Shown one piece after another: positions 11,995 to 25,103 of a stretch of DNA of 64,000 nucleotides. The position numbers were made by a program, and so were the translations under genes. The DNA lies in NCBI GenBank assembly GCA_002633005.1, contig NMRA01000392.1, positions 252,279 to 316,278 of the forward strand, written 5' to 3'. The notes under the pieces were generated by a model that saw nothing but the letters and a program-made list of their open reading frames with translations, searched no databases and was not told the DNA's origin. Origin of the DNA: Phoronis australis (lineage: Eukaryota; Animalia; Phoronida). Each line of letters opens with the position of its first letter. The first letter of the stretch is position 1.

Positions 11995-14121
11995 AGCTTT
12001 AGGCAAATCTTAAGCTAACAGGTGGCAATTTTAAAAATTTTGAGTATATTTTGACGTCTGCCTTCCTATCCTCCCAAGCATTCAAAGGTGTATGTGTGAA
12101 AATGGGCAGATGTTTTTCTGATGATAAAACCGCAGCTGACACTGATTTTCGGACGGATTCGACTACTGTAGCATCTCCTTGTGACATTTTTTATTTGTTC
12201 ATGGCTATATCTCCTTGGAGGATCTTTGTGAAATTGGCAGATATGTTCCTATGTAGATGACACCGAATGACAACAAGTTTCGGACCAATCCAGCTACGGG
12301 TGTGCTCACTTGTGGCAGTTTTAGTTTTTTATGTTTGCTTTTGTGTCTTTAGAGTTCATTGATGGATTTTTCTGAAATTTGGCAATAGTAGGTTTCTATT
12401 AAGGTAACAACCGTCCCATTTCATTTTCAGTCAGATTTAATTCATTTTGCGCCACTTAGTGGCTATTTTCATGATTTTGAGATCGTTTTTTAGCATTTGC
12501 CTCTTCATGTGGTAAACTGCTGAAAGGATCATTATGAACAAGCAATTGTGCTTCTGATGTGAAGACCATGCCTGACATTGATTTTTTGGACGGATTTGAT
12601 ACTTGTGTCACTCCCCTTATGGTGATTTTGTAGTTTTTGCGAATAAGGCCACAGATCCTTTGCATAATTTTTGTGATAGATGTGACAGTGACTGCCCATG
12701 ACTTTGTAGTGCCAGGCTTTCATGCAGTGTATGTCCTGGGCGTCCATTTGGACGACCTATCAAGGATGCCCAATATATCATTTGGAGCCTTGTTAATCAG
12801 AATTTCTTGTTTGGACACCCACATTGTAAGATAACCTGGACTCCCAGTTAATGAAAGAGAGAAGAAAGAAATATACAGTGTATATAAAATGTTGCAATGT
12901 TCAGACTATTTTCAAAGTATTTGGTAGACCTGTCAATAGTTTGCACTGGCTGCCAGAGTGCCTGGTCTTTCAGTGGTCTTATGTCTCACTGCAGTTCAGT
13001 ACTTTATGCAGGGACACCCACCTTGGTTAACTCTAAACTGGTGTTTCAGAGCTGTAGTTTCATGTTTCTCATTTTTTTTAAAAACATCAAAAGCGAAATA
13101 AATGCCATTATTTTAATAATATGATGTGCCACAAGAACATGCCCATTTAAAATATTCGAGTCTGCGATGTTTCATGCTTTTTTATATGCATCTTAATATG
13201 GAGCAGCATTGACACCTGTTGTCAAAATATAAGCCACACATCATCTGTGCATTTTTCTTGTGTTGGTAACTGCAGCTTTGATTGTACAGAATATAAAGCT
13301 AGTTAAGATGATATGATAAACTAAGTTATAACAGCAATTTGACTTGACATCACCAAAAACAGTGCACTCATCATTCAACCATTATCTGTAATATATGTAT
13401 TACCTGTTTGGTAAGCTATTTGGCTGTTTTCGTGAATTTAGACTTATCAGTGTTGATCCACACAGTTTATTTATTAAAAAGCTCACTTACAAGGGAGCTA
13501 TTTTTGTAAACTTAGATGTCAATGCCTTGTTCAACACATTTTTTTGTAAAAACACCTCACGGTGTGTGTGGGGGGAGGGGGTTACTGGTGAATGGTGATG
13601 GGGAGTGGGGGTAATGCGTCGTTCGAATTGGACGCCCTGGAATATTGGGAACCCCATTTTGGACATCCTATTTTCGAAATCCTGGATAAAGCCCTGCTTT
13701 ATACAGGTCTGACTACCACTATGCCCCCCAGTAGCAATTTTTTTTTACGTTTGCCTCTATCTCTTACGAGTTCCTTGATTTGTTTTTCTCATGAAATTTG
13801 GAAATAAGTCTCTATTATGAAGATAACGGCATCTTTCCAATTTGCCATGGATTTGATGTATTTTGCGCCACCTAGTGGCTATGTCAATTATTTTTTAGTA
13901 TGTTTTTTTATTGTTTGGTTCTGAATCGGACAAACCAGCAGATGTGTTACTACTGACATGAGCATGACTGGCGTGGAATTTCAAAAAACGTAACTGAGGT
14001 GCTCCCTTATTTTGGACGGGTTTTACATTGTAGTGGCTATTTTTATGGTACTGAAAGCGGCATTAGAAGCACACCATTTGCGTTGCAGTCGTGGACGCAT
14101 TTCAACGCTCTTCATTGCTGT
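11995..14121 (+). mobile_element. Helentron-associated element, tandem units and 3' end, split by an insertion at 12713-13696
   Basis: Same tandem units (gactac..cccc.agtggc; gaaatttggc; ttttgcgccacctagtggc). The 3' terminus ccatttg..gtggacgcatttcaacgctct resembles those at 21960-22002 and 25055-25103. Confidence 0.7.
12713..13696 (-). mobile_element. Apparently complete ~1-kb hAT-like non-autonomous element
   Basis: Plus-strand ends CAGGCTTTCATGCAG and CTGGATAAAGCCCTG. Degenerate TSD ctttgtag / ctttatac, with 3 extra bases on the left. Confidence 0.75.
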
Positions 14122-14728
14122 ATTTCTGACAAGACATTAGAACCTTGATCTCAATCTTTTTAAGAACGATTATTTTTTTCTGCTGACCTTCCAGTAGATT
14201 GAAGCAGCATTGAGAAACGTTGAGAAGCACAAGAGAGGAAATTGTTGGAGACCAGGTGAAGAACAGAACCAACTGGGAGATGAAGAGGCAAATATTTGCT
14301 GAGATGTTCTCTGAAACTAATAAAATGCCACCATGGTTCAAGAGATTCATAGTTGTACCAGCGTGAACCATGATGTGACTTTATTTATTACATCTCTTTG
14401 AAGGTGAAATGAAGATATGAGTTAAAAGCTGAATGTAAAAGGACCAGCATCTGATAATTTTATTAGCTCCACACATTCCTAAATGGTATTCCTAAATTTA
14501 ATGTAATTGAATATCTATATGCATTCTGCAAGACAGCATGGTCCTATGTCTGTAATCAAGATATGAATGCCATAAGTTGATGCTTTTAGCTGAACCATGC
14601 TGAACCACTTGTCTGTTTGACACTTTGTTACAAGAAGATTCTTAAATCTTGTTACAAAAACTTTTAAAAGTCACCTTCAGTGTTAACATGGGCATGCATT
14701 AGAACTACCATCCCCATGGCGACATTAA

Positions 14729-15120
14729 AGGCCCTTTCATATTAATGTTGGCGCATCGATGTTTTGGGGATTTGCGCTCAGTATGAATGGTTGACTTCGG
14801 TCCTGGATTGAAGTTATTGGGCCTTTGTTATTGTTGACAATTAAAGAACAGTATTGTTGCTAATAGTTGCTTATATTTTGCTTGAATAATCACCAATCAA
14901 ATTAGAAATAAGTAATATGTCAATTAGCACACGTAAATGTTCCCAGATTGTCACTTTAAAAAATCTTAGCGTGTCTACGATGAATCAACGTTACCTTGCG
15001 ATTACTTTGAATGGACGTCACATGCCGTTTACTTCGAAGCTGGTATGAACGGTTCAGTTTACTTTGCATTTTACATTGTTGCTCCACTCACACCAGAGTT
15101 TAGTTAGTATGAAAGGGCTT
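14729..15120 (+). mobile_element. PIF/Harbinger-type MITE
   Basis: TIR AGGCCCTTTCATATTAA / TTAGTATGAAAGGGCTT with TAA on both sides. Confidence 0.75.
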
Positions 15121-15749
15121 TAAGTAGGTACAAGCTTATGGCGAGTTCTAAATTAAAAAATAAATTATAAATACATTTTTATTACAACTGTGGTTAGTTA
15201 ATATTTTAATCTGAGGTAGTAATTTCGTGCAAAAAGCCAGTCATTGTATTTTGATAAAAAAGAAACAAGTAATCCCATTTGTTAAGAGCATTTTAATCAA
15301 TTGTGAAAACAAACTTCAGCCAAGGAAATAGTACATCAATTGTAAGGTCTCATCAATAACTTTCAGTGCTTGTATCAACATTGTCTGGTCTTTTTGACTG
15401 GCTGCGAAAATTGGTATACACAGAATTTAAATTTTTTAAAATCTTTTTTAACAGTAATTTTAATTGAATTGTATGAAGTCACAATAGGATGATTTAGTGG
15501 AATAATTGTGAATTACAACACACTACTTTTTGATGATGTCTAATCTAAAGAAAAATTTTTGTTAGACAACTTGATGTACGTTGAGCAAGTTTAACGAACT
15601 TGTGCTCTGAATTTCTCATGTACAAAGTCAGGTAAAATTTACCTTGTGTTTCAGGACTGTTGGGTCACCCATCTAATCCTTTTTTCCGCATTATATGTCA
15701 TAAAACCATGTGCCTGTTGACTGTTAAAAGTCAAACCAGCTCAGGCTAA

Positions 15750-16225
15750 CGGGCCTTGTCATACTGACTTAACTCCGGTGGAGCGTCGACGTAAACTGCG
15801 AAATCAACTAAACTGTTCATACCGGCTTCAGTAGTTAACGAACATCGAAGTAAACGGTAGGCGACTGTTGTCATCGAAGTAATCGAAAGGTTTAGCACTG
15901 TACGCTAAAATTTTTTTTATGTGACAATTTGGGAACTTTTACTTGTGCTAAGTCACTTAAAACTTATTTTTAAATCAATTAGTGATTATTCAAGCAAAAT
16001 ATATAGCAACGACACTACCTTTTAATTGTTGATGATAACAGTGGCACCTGGTGATTTTGATGGAACTAAAGTTGACTGTTCATTCTGCACCGCAGCGTCG
16101 ACGCTCCCAGTGTTTACTGCGAAGTTAAGTGATGCTGTTAACTTCGATCCAGGACCGAAGTTAACCGAACTGACTGCAACTCCCCAAAACATCGGATGCG
16201 TCGACGTTAAGCATGAAAAGCCCTT
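15750..16225 (-). mobile_element. Second, inverted copy of the Harbinger-type MITE
   Basis: Ends GGGCCTTGTCATACTGAC and TTAAGCATGAAAAGCCC. The interior is the reverse complement of 14729-15120 (e.g. aacttcgatccaggaccgaagt). Confidence 0.7.
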
Positions 16226-16699
16226 TTTGTGTTGGCAAAGCCTGAGGTAATTGAAGTTGCACTTCAGTGCACTAATTTAAGTGAGTTTAACTTGAATTTT
16301 CACCTGTAGTGGGCCCATCATGTAGTATCTATTATGTTATAAAATGCATTGTTTGCACAAACTCTGTCTCTCCCGCTCCATTACGGACCTTTGTTGCGCC
16401 CGTTTCGGCACTGCCTTGGTCCCAGATATTCCACTGGCCACCTATTTGGATTCGAGTTGTCCTATTTTTGTCTCACGGGCCGCTTTTTCGCGGATGCAGA
16501 GGGAGGATGGCCAGTTTGTACTGGCCTTGGTGACGTCAGTTCGTTGGCTTAATGGACTGGGTGACGTCACTCCGTCGGATTAATTTCAATCCCTCCGGCT
16601 TCTGTCGCGTATATGTTTTTACTATTTTATTATCAGAAAACCCAGTTTCAGAAAAAACTCGAGAGATATCACAATTTTTTTTGGAAATAGGCGTACATG

Positions 16700-16945
16700 T
16701 AAGTGCGCGTGTCACAAGTATGCACTGTTTTCAAAACAACCACAGATTTTCCTTTGTTACAAAAGGCGGAGAATTACAAAAAACCATTAGATTGTCTTTT
16801 TGCTTCTATAAACAACTGTAACGGGCAAGGTAAGTGTCGGTTCATTCCCAGATTTTGCATGCGCCCCTGTAGGTTATTAACTCTAAATTTCACGACGAGG
16901 TGACAAGCTGAGCACCGAGGTTGTGTGAAATTTCGGTGTTTAACG
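16700..16945 (+). repeat. CpG-rich interspersed repeat interior
   Basis: Homologous to 56080-56340 (tttgttacaaaaggcgga..ctgtaacg.gcaaggt.agtg..cagattttg..tgtgtgaaattt). Confidence 0.6.
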
Positions 16946-18765
16946 GTGCTCTACAGACAGCTACCTAGCCGTATGTTGACGATAGTTTTCATACAGCTAG
17001 CTGGCTTTCTACCTGTCAGTATGTACATTGATGATGCATCTTTTGTAAACACATAAATATATTTTGTGAACTATACATTATTTGAAATGCATTCTTAGTT
17101 TTCACTTTAAAGAATATCGGATTACTGTGCTTTGTGTTATGACAGGGTCAAATGTTCTGGAAAGAAATTTGTACTGCCTGGGGAAAGAATCCCGTAGCCG
17201 CACACCTTGCCTACTAAAACCTGACAGTGACTGAAATTCTGCTTGAAGGTTTGAACACGGCCTTTCAAGAAGTATTCCCGTCTCTTGCAATGAACATTAA
17301 TGTTCACTCCTGGGAGTATCTACATGTATTTGCATCGGCGTTTCCAACTAGCTGCTACCTGTGCTTTCGCATGGTAACGGCTAGTAGTACTTAAACTGTT
17401 TGTTGCCCCTGTAACCACGTTTACACTAGAGACAGCTGACCCAGGGCAGCTAACACTGAATGGCTGATTGGGTTCGAGTGTGTGTGTAAACATGACCAAC
17501 ATGGAGCACGTGACCGTGGCTTAGCCAATTTTTGACACCTTTTTGATATGTTAAGAGCGAGTTACACTAGATCAGTTGTTCCCAGTTAATTGCACATCTA
17601 AACACAACTTGGGGCAGGGTGGAAAGAGATCATCTTTCAATGCACTTGTGCAATAGGGTATGTTCTGGTGGGCTGCTGGTATTGCACATGGATTGGACAT
17701 TTGCTATTGTTTTTGCGTTATCTTTGTGTAAGTGACTCATACTGATCTATTTTCCAATCTAATGTGTAAAGGCGACTGAATTGGAACAAGTCGCGCTATG
17801 ACAACTGACACTGTGACAACTGTCTCTTATGTAAAAATGGCTTAATATATCAATTTAGGAAAATTCTAACTGCAGTGTTTAAGCTATATTGATCTTTAGC
17901 ATCTGATTCAAAATTAAACTGCAATGAAACATTAAGAAAATCAATGTTCTCCACATCTGAAAATGTAAACAGGTCCCGCATGAAAACGCCAACAAACAAT
18001 TGCTGGAAGCGCACGACTGTCAAGTTGTGCACACTAATTAACTTGCCTTATTTTTACTCACGTACTTCAACAGTAATGCACAGAAATGCATATGTTAATA
18101 AATAACTGTGTGTTCAACTTTTTATTTTTAAGCAGGTGACAATGAACTTATTCACAAACATTTTTTATTCAATGGATTTTATAATGAAAGTCTATACATA
18201 TGTGTTTTGAAACTGAAGAGTCCACATGTGGGTTTATTCACGGTTGTCGTAAACAGCTATGACGTCACACCTGGGGGGGCACAGAACCTGCCATATTTGG
18301 CATTGTGTTGTATGCAGCCTCATTTCTTTCGCGTCGGATATTTTATTATTTTAATTGCCAATAGAAAATTTTGCGTCGACGACTGCCACACCTTCGTCAG
18401 TTATTATAAAATAGTGGAATCACAAAAAATGGTAGCTAACCAGTTAGCTGGGGGTGCACGAGGTAGGGGCTGGAACTCGAGGACCACGCTATTAGCTTGA
18501 TTACGCAAGATATCATGTGCTTTCAATGAGAGCACATGATTTTGGTGAGACATATGTTGAACTCTACCCATACGTCCATTCACTTGTTGCCTGATGATGA
18601 GGCATGCAATATTGAAATATAGCTTAGTGTTTTAATTTGCTTCATTACAGTCTCTGATGATGTTTTGCTACATCAGCTGCACACCTGAAGAAAGGAGATT
18701 AAAATTGTTTCAACACTTAGGATTGATTCTGTATCAAGCTTTCAAACAAAAATTTAGTTGTGTTT

Positions 18766-18910
18766 CAGGGGCAGCGCACATACATAAGGACCAGGGGGGC
18801 TATAGCCCACTTTTTTTTAGTGCTATGCTGCCCATGGTCTATAGGCGGTGTACCACAGAGGGCTGGGGTCTTTAGCCTCCTGCACTTTTTTCAGTGCTGC
18901 ACCACCCATG
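18766..18910 (+). mobile_element. Dimeric mini-MITE (same family as 8199-8347)
   Basis: Exact 5-bp flanking duplication TGTTT. Confidence 0.65.
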
Positions 18911-19053
18911 TGTTTTCAACAAAGTTTTGTGTTAACGAAGGGCTGCTTTTGAACTATACTTATTTTGTACTAAAGATAGTTGTTAGAATTGTCATTTCTA
19001 ATTTTCTAAAGCTGATTACCTAATGCTTCCAGTAGTAAGACCTGCAAATGTTA

Positions 19054-20024
19054 GGCGTGTTCAAACTAAGGCGGATTTAGGGGGGCCCAGGCCCCCCTAA
19101 ATCCGCCTTTGAACACGCCCCCTTGGCTGCCGCTAAAGATAAGACAGCAAGAGCGTAGGGAAATATTGAGTTTATTAATTAACCCGGGTAATTAAAATTA
19201 TACGGATGAAACAAGATTTAAATGTGTGCAGTTTTAGTGTTTGGGGGAGGCTCAGATCCAATTTCAAGTGTTAAATTCGGAACACGGCGCATTCGTAACG
19301 GAACTATGGCTAAGTATAGGCTCGCCGCGATATCCCAGGCAACCGGCAATGGCGCTGCGCACTACGACTCCGTTTCCGTCGTCTGCTCCACTGTCGGTAC
19401 AATGAAGAAAATTTACTTCATTTTTTAAAGAAAATGGAACCTGAGTGACGATGAAAAAACAGAAGCTGTTGGTAAGATGTGAATTTTAATCGAAGCCTTA
19501 GTGAATCACTCAGAAACTCATAATTTTCTCTTTCTCAAACCTTAACTTAAGACGATTTCCAAAGCAATCCCGTCATTATTGCCAACACGAAAAACGGATT
19601 TGGTCTTTTGGGCATTTGAATACTATTTTAAATACAACAAATTTGTTAAGAACCGATTGCACAAAATATAAAACGTGTAATAAGCATTACAAAAAGAAGT
19701 AGGTCTTTATGAAATCAGTAGCTAAGTCGTGGTGTGGTAAAGCACGCGCCCTCTGTACGTCAGGTCATGAGTTGGAGTCTTTGGTTCTTGCAGTTTTTCC
19801 TGTTTGACACGTTCTCTGTTTTTTTATTTGCCTTTTTTCTTAGATAATACTTCAGGAATCAAAGAAAATGCTTGATTTTTAGAGGAAAGAACAGAAAAAT
19901 TTCCTGGGTGGGAGGGGACCTCCCCCATTCGGTGCTATGCGCATCTACAATCGTGGTTTGCGCAAATGCTTATTGGCGGACAAAACGTTGGGCCTCCCCT
20001 TGTGATATCCTAGATCCGCCACTG
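19054..20024. mobile_element. GGCGGAT(T/C)TAG-type MITE region
   Basis: Starts with a GGCGGATTTAGGGGGGCCC palindrome and ends CTAGATCCGCCACTG. The 5' part resembles 25577-25660. Confidence 0.5.
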
Positions 20025-20362
20025 GTGTTTTATGACATCTGCATCTAGTCCAAAGCTGAGCTCTTTAATTTATAGACTAAAGTATTCTTAATCTTTGTTT
20101 TTGCCACCGTATTGTTTACTAACTCCGGTGAAGAATTGTAGTATGTAACAACATAAACGAAAAGCAGCAGTGTCCATCTGCTTGATTCTTCCAAGGGGTT
20201 GATCATCCTTTGCAAGTGTGTATCCTTAAACTGTGTTCTAATAATATTGGGCATGTAAATGGGAAGCAGAGTTATCCTGACCACCCATCCTCTGAGCTAG
20301 AGGCTCAGGTGGGTATCTTGTAGCCAGTCGTCCAACCTTTTGTTGTTATGCAGTGCAGTCTA

Positions 20363-20904
20363 CGGTCGGTTTCTCATTAGATGAACTGTGTTTTACCGAA
20401 GCTTCCCTGAAACTTCGCTTACCTCTGTGACTCCACCGGGATATCGAAGTTATCACTCTGACAACAGACAACGCAGTTCATTCGTACTGTCAAACAAGGC
20501 TAACTGAAAATTGTTCGCCTGCCATGTACGAGTGTTTTTAAAAATGATCAGTGTCATTCTTCATCAGATATGCTTTCTTTAATTTATTTACCTCTGTCTA
20601 TTGAGAGCATGTCGGCTTTGCTACAATAACAAAGAACACATTTTGCGAATCTCTCGTTATGGTATGTCATTGCTGTGACCTCTACCAATAACTTCGACGA
20701 AACTTTACTTTTAGTGTTCCCACTACACCAAAGCTTCACTTTTAATGTTTTTATCCCACCGAAACTTTAGTCAGTACTGAAGCTTCACTTTTGAATCTTG
20801 TTTTAAACGAAGATTAGCTTGCAGATTAACTACTGGCGTTAACCTTTCTCACTTACCAAACCTTTGGTAAAAGCGAAGTTTCGTTTCTAACGGGAAAGCG
20901 ACTG
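20363..20904. mobile_element. Degenerate MITE
   Basis: Left CGGTCGGTTTCTCATTAGA. The reverse complement of the right end is CAGTCGCTTTCCCGTTAGA. Internal aagcttcactttt repeats. Confidence 0.5.
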
Positions 20905-20966
20905 ATAAAAAATCTCAACAGTGGAAACCTTGCTTTGCTCCCGAGTTTGCATCAGATATCTTGTTA

Positions 20967-22235
20967 CCCGGATTTTCCGTAGATAAGCCCACCTGATGAA
21001 ACGCCTCCAGGCGTTTATTCAGAAAATTATGTCGCATAAACTCCCATGGGCATTTATTTGGGGTTAAACTTTTGGTATGAAGTGTTCATATAGTGGGGCC
21101 ATTTATTCGGTAAATGTTCTCTGAAAAGTCACTCAGCGTCAAATTTTAGCCACAAATTCAGTTTTGAGGAGCATTTTTATGCGCCCACATATTTATATGT
21201 GAACGCATTATTCCGTCATCTCTGTCCGGGCGTCCGTCTGTTCGACGTCCGTCAGCCATCTGGCGTCCATTGCTCTATCTCCAAAACCCATTGACGGGTG
21301 TTCATGAAATTTTGCACGTCATGCGTTTATTTCATGGATGGTACAGCGAACTTTCGGACGGGTCTGACTACCGGTGTGTCCCCTAGTGGCAATTAGTTTT
21401 TTACATTTACCTCTGTATCTTCAAAGATCCTGAACGGATTTTCGTAAAATTTTAGTATAGGCTGCTATTAGTGAGATGACGCTCTCCTCCAGTTTTCGAA
21501 TGGAATCGAGGTAATTTGCGCCACCCAATGACCATTTTTGCTGTTTTTGAGTCCACCCTCTGTCAACCAAACCATTCTAAGGATGATTTTAAAAATTGGC
21601 GTATATGTTCTCAGTGTGAAGAGGATGGTTGACGAGAACAACTTTGACTCAACTGTGGCACCTCCTAGTGGTAGTTTTGTTTTGCACCCATAGCTATCTC
21701 CTAAAGCCGTTGCAGGATCTTTATTAAATTTAGTATGTGTATTTATATGAAGCTAACAACAGGCAACGCCTTTAGGCAGATCCAACGTTGCCCCCCTAGT
21801 GGCAATTTTTTTTCATTTTCTTTTGTTTCTCTGAAGTTCCTTGACAGATTTTTAATGAAATTTGGCAAATAACTTTCTGTTAAAGAAGCGACGACATGTT
21901 TCCATTTCGGATGGATTGGACGTTTTTGTGCCAGCTAAACCCCTACCCAATAGAAACATCCCGTTTGCATTGGTGGGCGAATTTCAACACTCTGCATGCT
22001 CTTTTTCATTTATAAAAACAAACAAGGTGTTGGCGAACTATGTATTTATTGACTTAAAATTAAAAGAACAGTTTCATGCAAAAATAAAATTCATATCGGG
22101 TGAGGTTATGATTTTCTGTTTACACACTCCACCTTTCCAAATAAACACCCAGGCATTCATTTGGTGTTACTGAAATGCCTGGAAATTTCCATTTTTCGAA
22201 TACATGCCCATGGGCTTATCTACGGAAAACCTCGG
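20967..22235. mobile_element. Tc2/pogo-type (TA-flanked) non-autonomous element hosting a HINE
   Basis: TIR core TTTTCCGTAGATAAGCCCA on both ends, TA on both flanks. An inverted fragment of the family lies at ~1605-1724. Confidence 0.7.
21179..22002 (+). mobile_element. Complete Helentron-associated element (HINE)
   Basis: 5' hairpin TGCGCCCACATA-TTT-ATATGTGAACGCA, (GTCC)-type microsatellite, tandem units, 3' subTIR GTGGGCG and terminus, inserted in a T run. Confidence 0.8.
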
Positions 22236-24668
22236 TACCTATGACTGACTTTTTTGGTTTATACTTGAATATTAGGCCATGACACTATAACCGTTTATGA
22301 TAACAGTGTACATGACTGGAGAATTTCTCACTTACACTGATCACCCCTCAGATTCCCCCAGCCCCAGACAACTTTTATGATCACTATTCAACACACCCTT
22401 TGTTTTGATGTAGGTCTGAGCTAATGAAGAGGAAAGGTACTATACAATTATGTACACTGCTGTCTCAACAGTGATGGTTGTCATTATACCCAAATATATT
22501 GGTTTTCTATGGCATTTGCTCTGTCAGTTATAGCTTGCAACTGTGGAGAGTAATTTTAACTTGGTATATTTTGAATATAACAAAATGACTAAAAAAATTT
22601 GTGTTTTGAAAATTCAGTTGTATGTACAGGCAGAGACAGTTACCACAGTTTATGGTCGGGTAATTACCAGTACTCTTAATTGTTGCTGGCACCAGACAAT
22701 GCAGTCATCACAACTGTGTCGGACTCTGGCACCACGCTCTCTTTGATCTTGGTAAAAGCTGCTCAGAAGGATGAGCTATGAAAATAATCTTTAGAAATGT
22801 GTGATTTCCTAGTAAGCCTATTATTCATGGTATGTACCCATGTTTTATCCAGGTGCCTGAAGCTGTGATGATGGTTCTCAGATATCCATCTTATGTTAAC
22901 ACAACTCAAATCACCATGTGGCTCAACTGTCCACCTTCTGCTGACACAACCCAGGTCACATTATGGCTAAGGAACCAGCTGTCTGAAAGGGACACCTCTA
23001 TCAAGGTTGTTTGAATTGGATGGACACCTGTTTCTATTCTACCTGGTCAATGGAGTGGACCCTAAAGGTTAGCAATAAGTTAGAAGGAATGTTACAAGGT
23101 TGTTTGTAAACTTTAAACTGTTACTTGGCTTTGTAGATGGAGTATGGTAAAGTCGCACGATTTTCAGACGGCCCGTCATTTTCGACCAAGAATAAATATT
23201 TCCGAAATAAGTTTTTCATAAGTAAAGGATTATGGTAAAAAAATCTTTCCTTTTTTCTGTTCCTCATTTAATTACGTAATATGTTTGTAAAAACATGTAA
23301 AAAATTTTAATTCAAAATTTGTGGAACAGCATTTAATATTTAGGTATTCAATTGTATTAAAAATCACTTTGGCATTTCCCAATTTTTTTGTGGGGACAGT
23401 TACTATCAGACCTTTTCTAAAAGGTATTTAGTCAAGGCATTGTGACTAAATGCCACCCTCATACCACTTTAATGGTTTTTTTGTTTGATTTGCATTTACA
23501 TGCTCCAAAAAAATAGTGAACTTAAATAAATAAACCTTTGTAGGTTTGTTTGAAGTTTTATATTGAGATTATGTGAAATTTCATGCATGTCTGTTGTCAC
23601 TATCATGAAATTATGAGCTGAGAAAATAGGTTTGAGGTATACGGTTGACATTCGTACACCTTTTGGGTAACTTTCACGTAATGTAATAATGATCCAACAT
23701 GCTCATTAGGAAAACGGGCCATTCAGTGGTATCTTGTCAGTAGTTGGACAATGCAGCTTCTCTAAATCAACCAAGAAAAACTTCGGCATCACCAAAGTTG
23801 ATATAAGCTCCTTTTGTTTTGTACAGGCAATTACTTTAAAAATTCCCAGATTTAGGACAGTGAAATAATAAATATTCTGAACCTGTCCTAAATTTTAGAA
23901 ATAGGCAATATTGGCTGTCCGAAATTCGAGAAATATAGGGTGTCCAAAATCTTAGAATTTATACACTCTGGTGCCGACAATGTTTCGATTTGCAGTTTTA
24001 GACCGTTTGATCAGCCGCGCTGATTTTTTATCGTTATTGCAGATAAGAAATTCACACGGTGTCCTCAAAAACATAAACAGCGATGTTACTGACTCTGAAC
24101 ACAATCGGCTTAATACCAAACTTTGTGATAGGAAATATAAATATTTGCAGAGTGAAACGCCTTGACTGATTATTCGCAATAACCATTGGTGCTCAAAATT
24201 TTCACGTTAAACTGTCCGCAAATCAAACACAAGCAACGCAACTGCAGTATATTTTGTAAACCTGGTTCGTTTCTGGGGAAATGCGTGCTTCATACTTACG
24301 AGTCACCTGCCACTCAAATAGACATTGGCGAAACAGCGTTCCCACCAACGAGATACATGTAAATACGGTCCCTGCGGTCTTAGCTCGATTTCGTAGCCGT
24401 GCGTTTATTGGATTGTTATAGAATTGTTGCTTTATTCCGAAACATAGTAGGCCAGATCACAATTTAAACGTGGTAGAGCCTACGTAGTTCTATTCGGAAA
24501 ACACCAACCACTCGCAAGTGACTGCTCAAGTAGCCCGCTACAAGTGCGATAGCTTCGTCGACACAGATTGTCCCGATAATCTCGGCCCTTGCATTCCTGG
24601 TACTGTTATCCTGTGTTCACTCTGACCCGATAGTACTGCCTTCCGCTCATGAATAAATTAAATTGATT

Positions 24669-25103
24669 ATGCACCCACATATTTATATGTGGACGCATTA
24701 TGTCGTCATCTCTGCCGTCCGTCCAGCCGGTGTCCGTCCGGCATCCGCTGCTCTATCTCCAAAACCGTTTGACGTATAGTCATGAAATTTTGCACATGTG
24801 TTTCTTTCATAAATGGGAGGGCATGAGCGAACCTTTGGACGGATCTGACTACCGGTGTGCCCCCTAGTGGCAATTTTATCTTTTTACGTTTACCTCTGTA
24901 TCTTCAAAGGTCCTCAACATATTTTCACAAAACTTGGTATATAGGCATCTATTAGTAAGGCGACAGTGTGGCCTTGTTTTCGGATGGATTGTACGTTTTT
25001 GCGTCATCTAGTGGCCATTTTTATGACACAAATAAACAACCCTAAAAGCACACCATTTGGGATACATTCGTCGGCGCATTTCAACACTCTTCGTTGCTCT
25101 TGT
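24669..25103 (+). mobile_element. Short complete Helentron-associated element (HINE)
   Basis: Same 5' hairpin, GTCC microsatellite, fewer tandem units, same 3' end. Confidence 0.8.

Noticed and set aside
19715-19800. Possible tRNA-derived SINE head
   Set aside because: A and B boxes are too degenerate and there is no second copy in the window.
20990-21005. CTGATGA hammerhead-like core
   Set aside because: No stems or separate GAAA. It lies in a DNA-transposon subterminal region.
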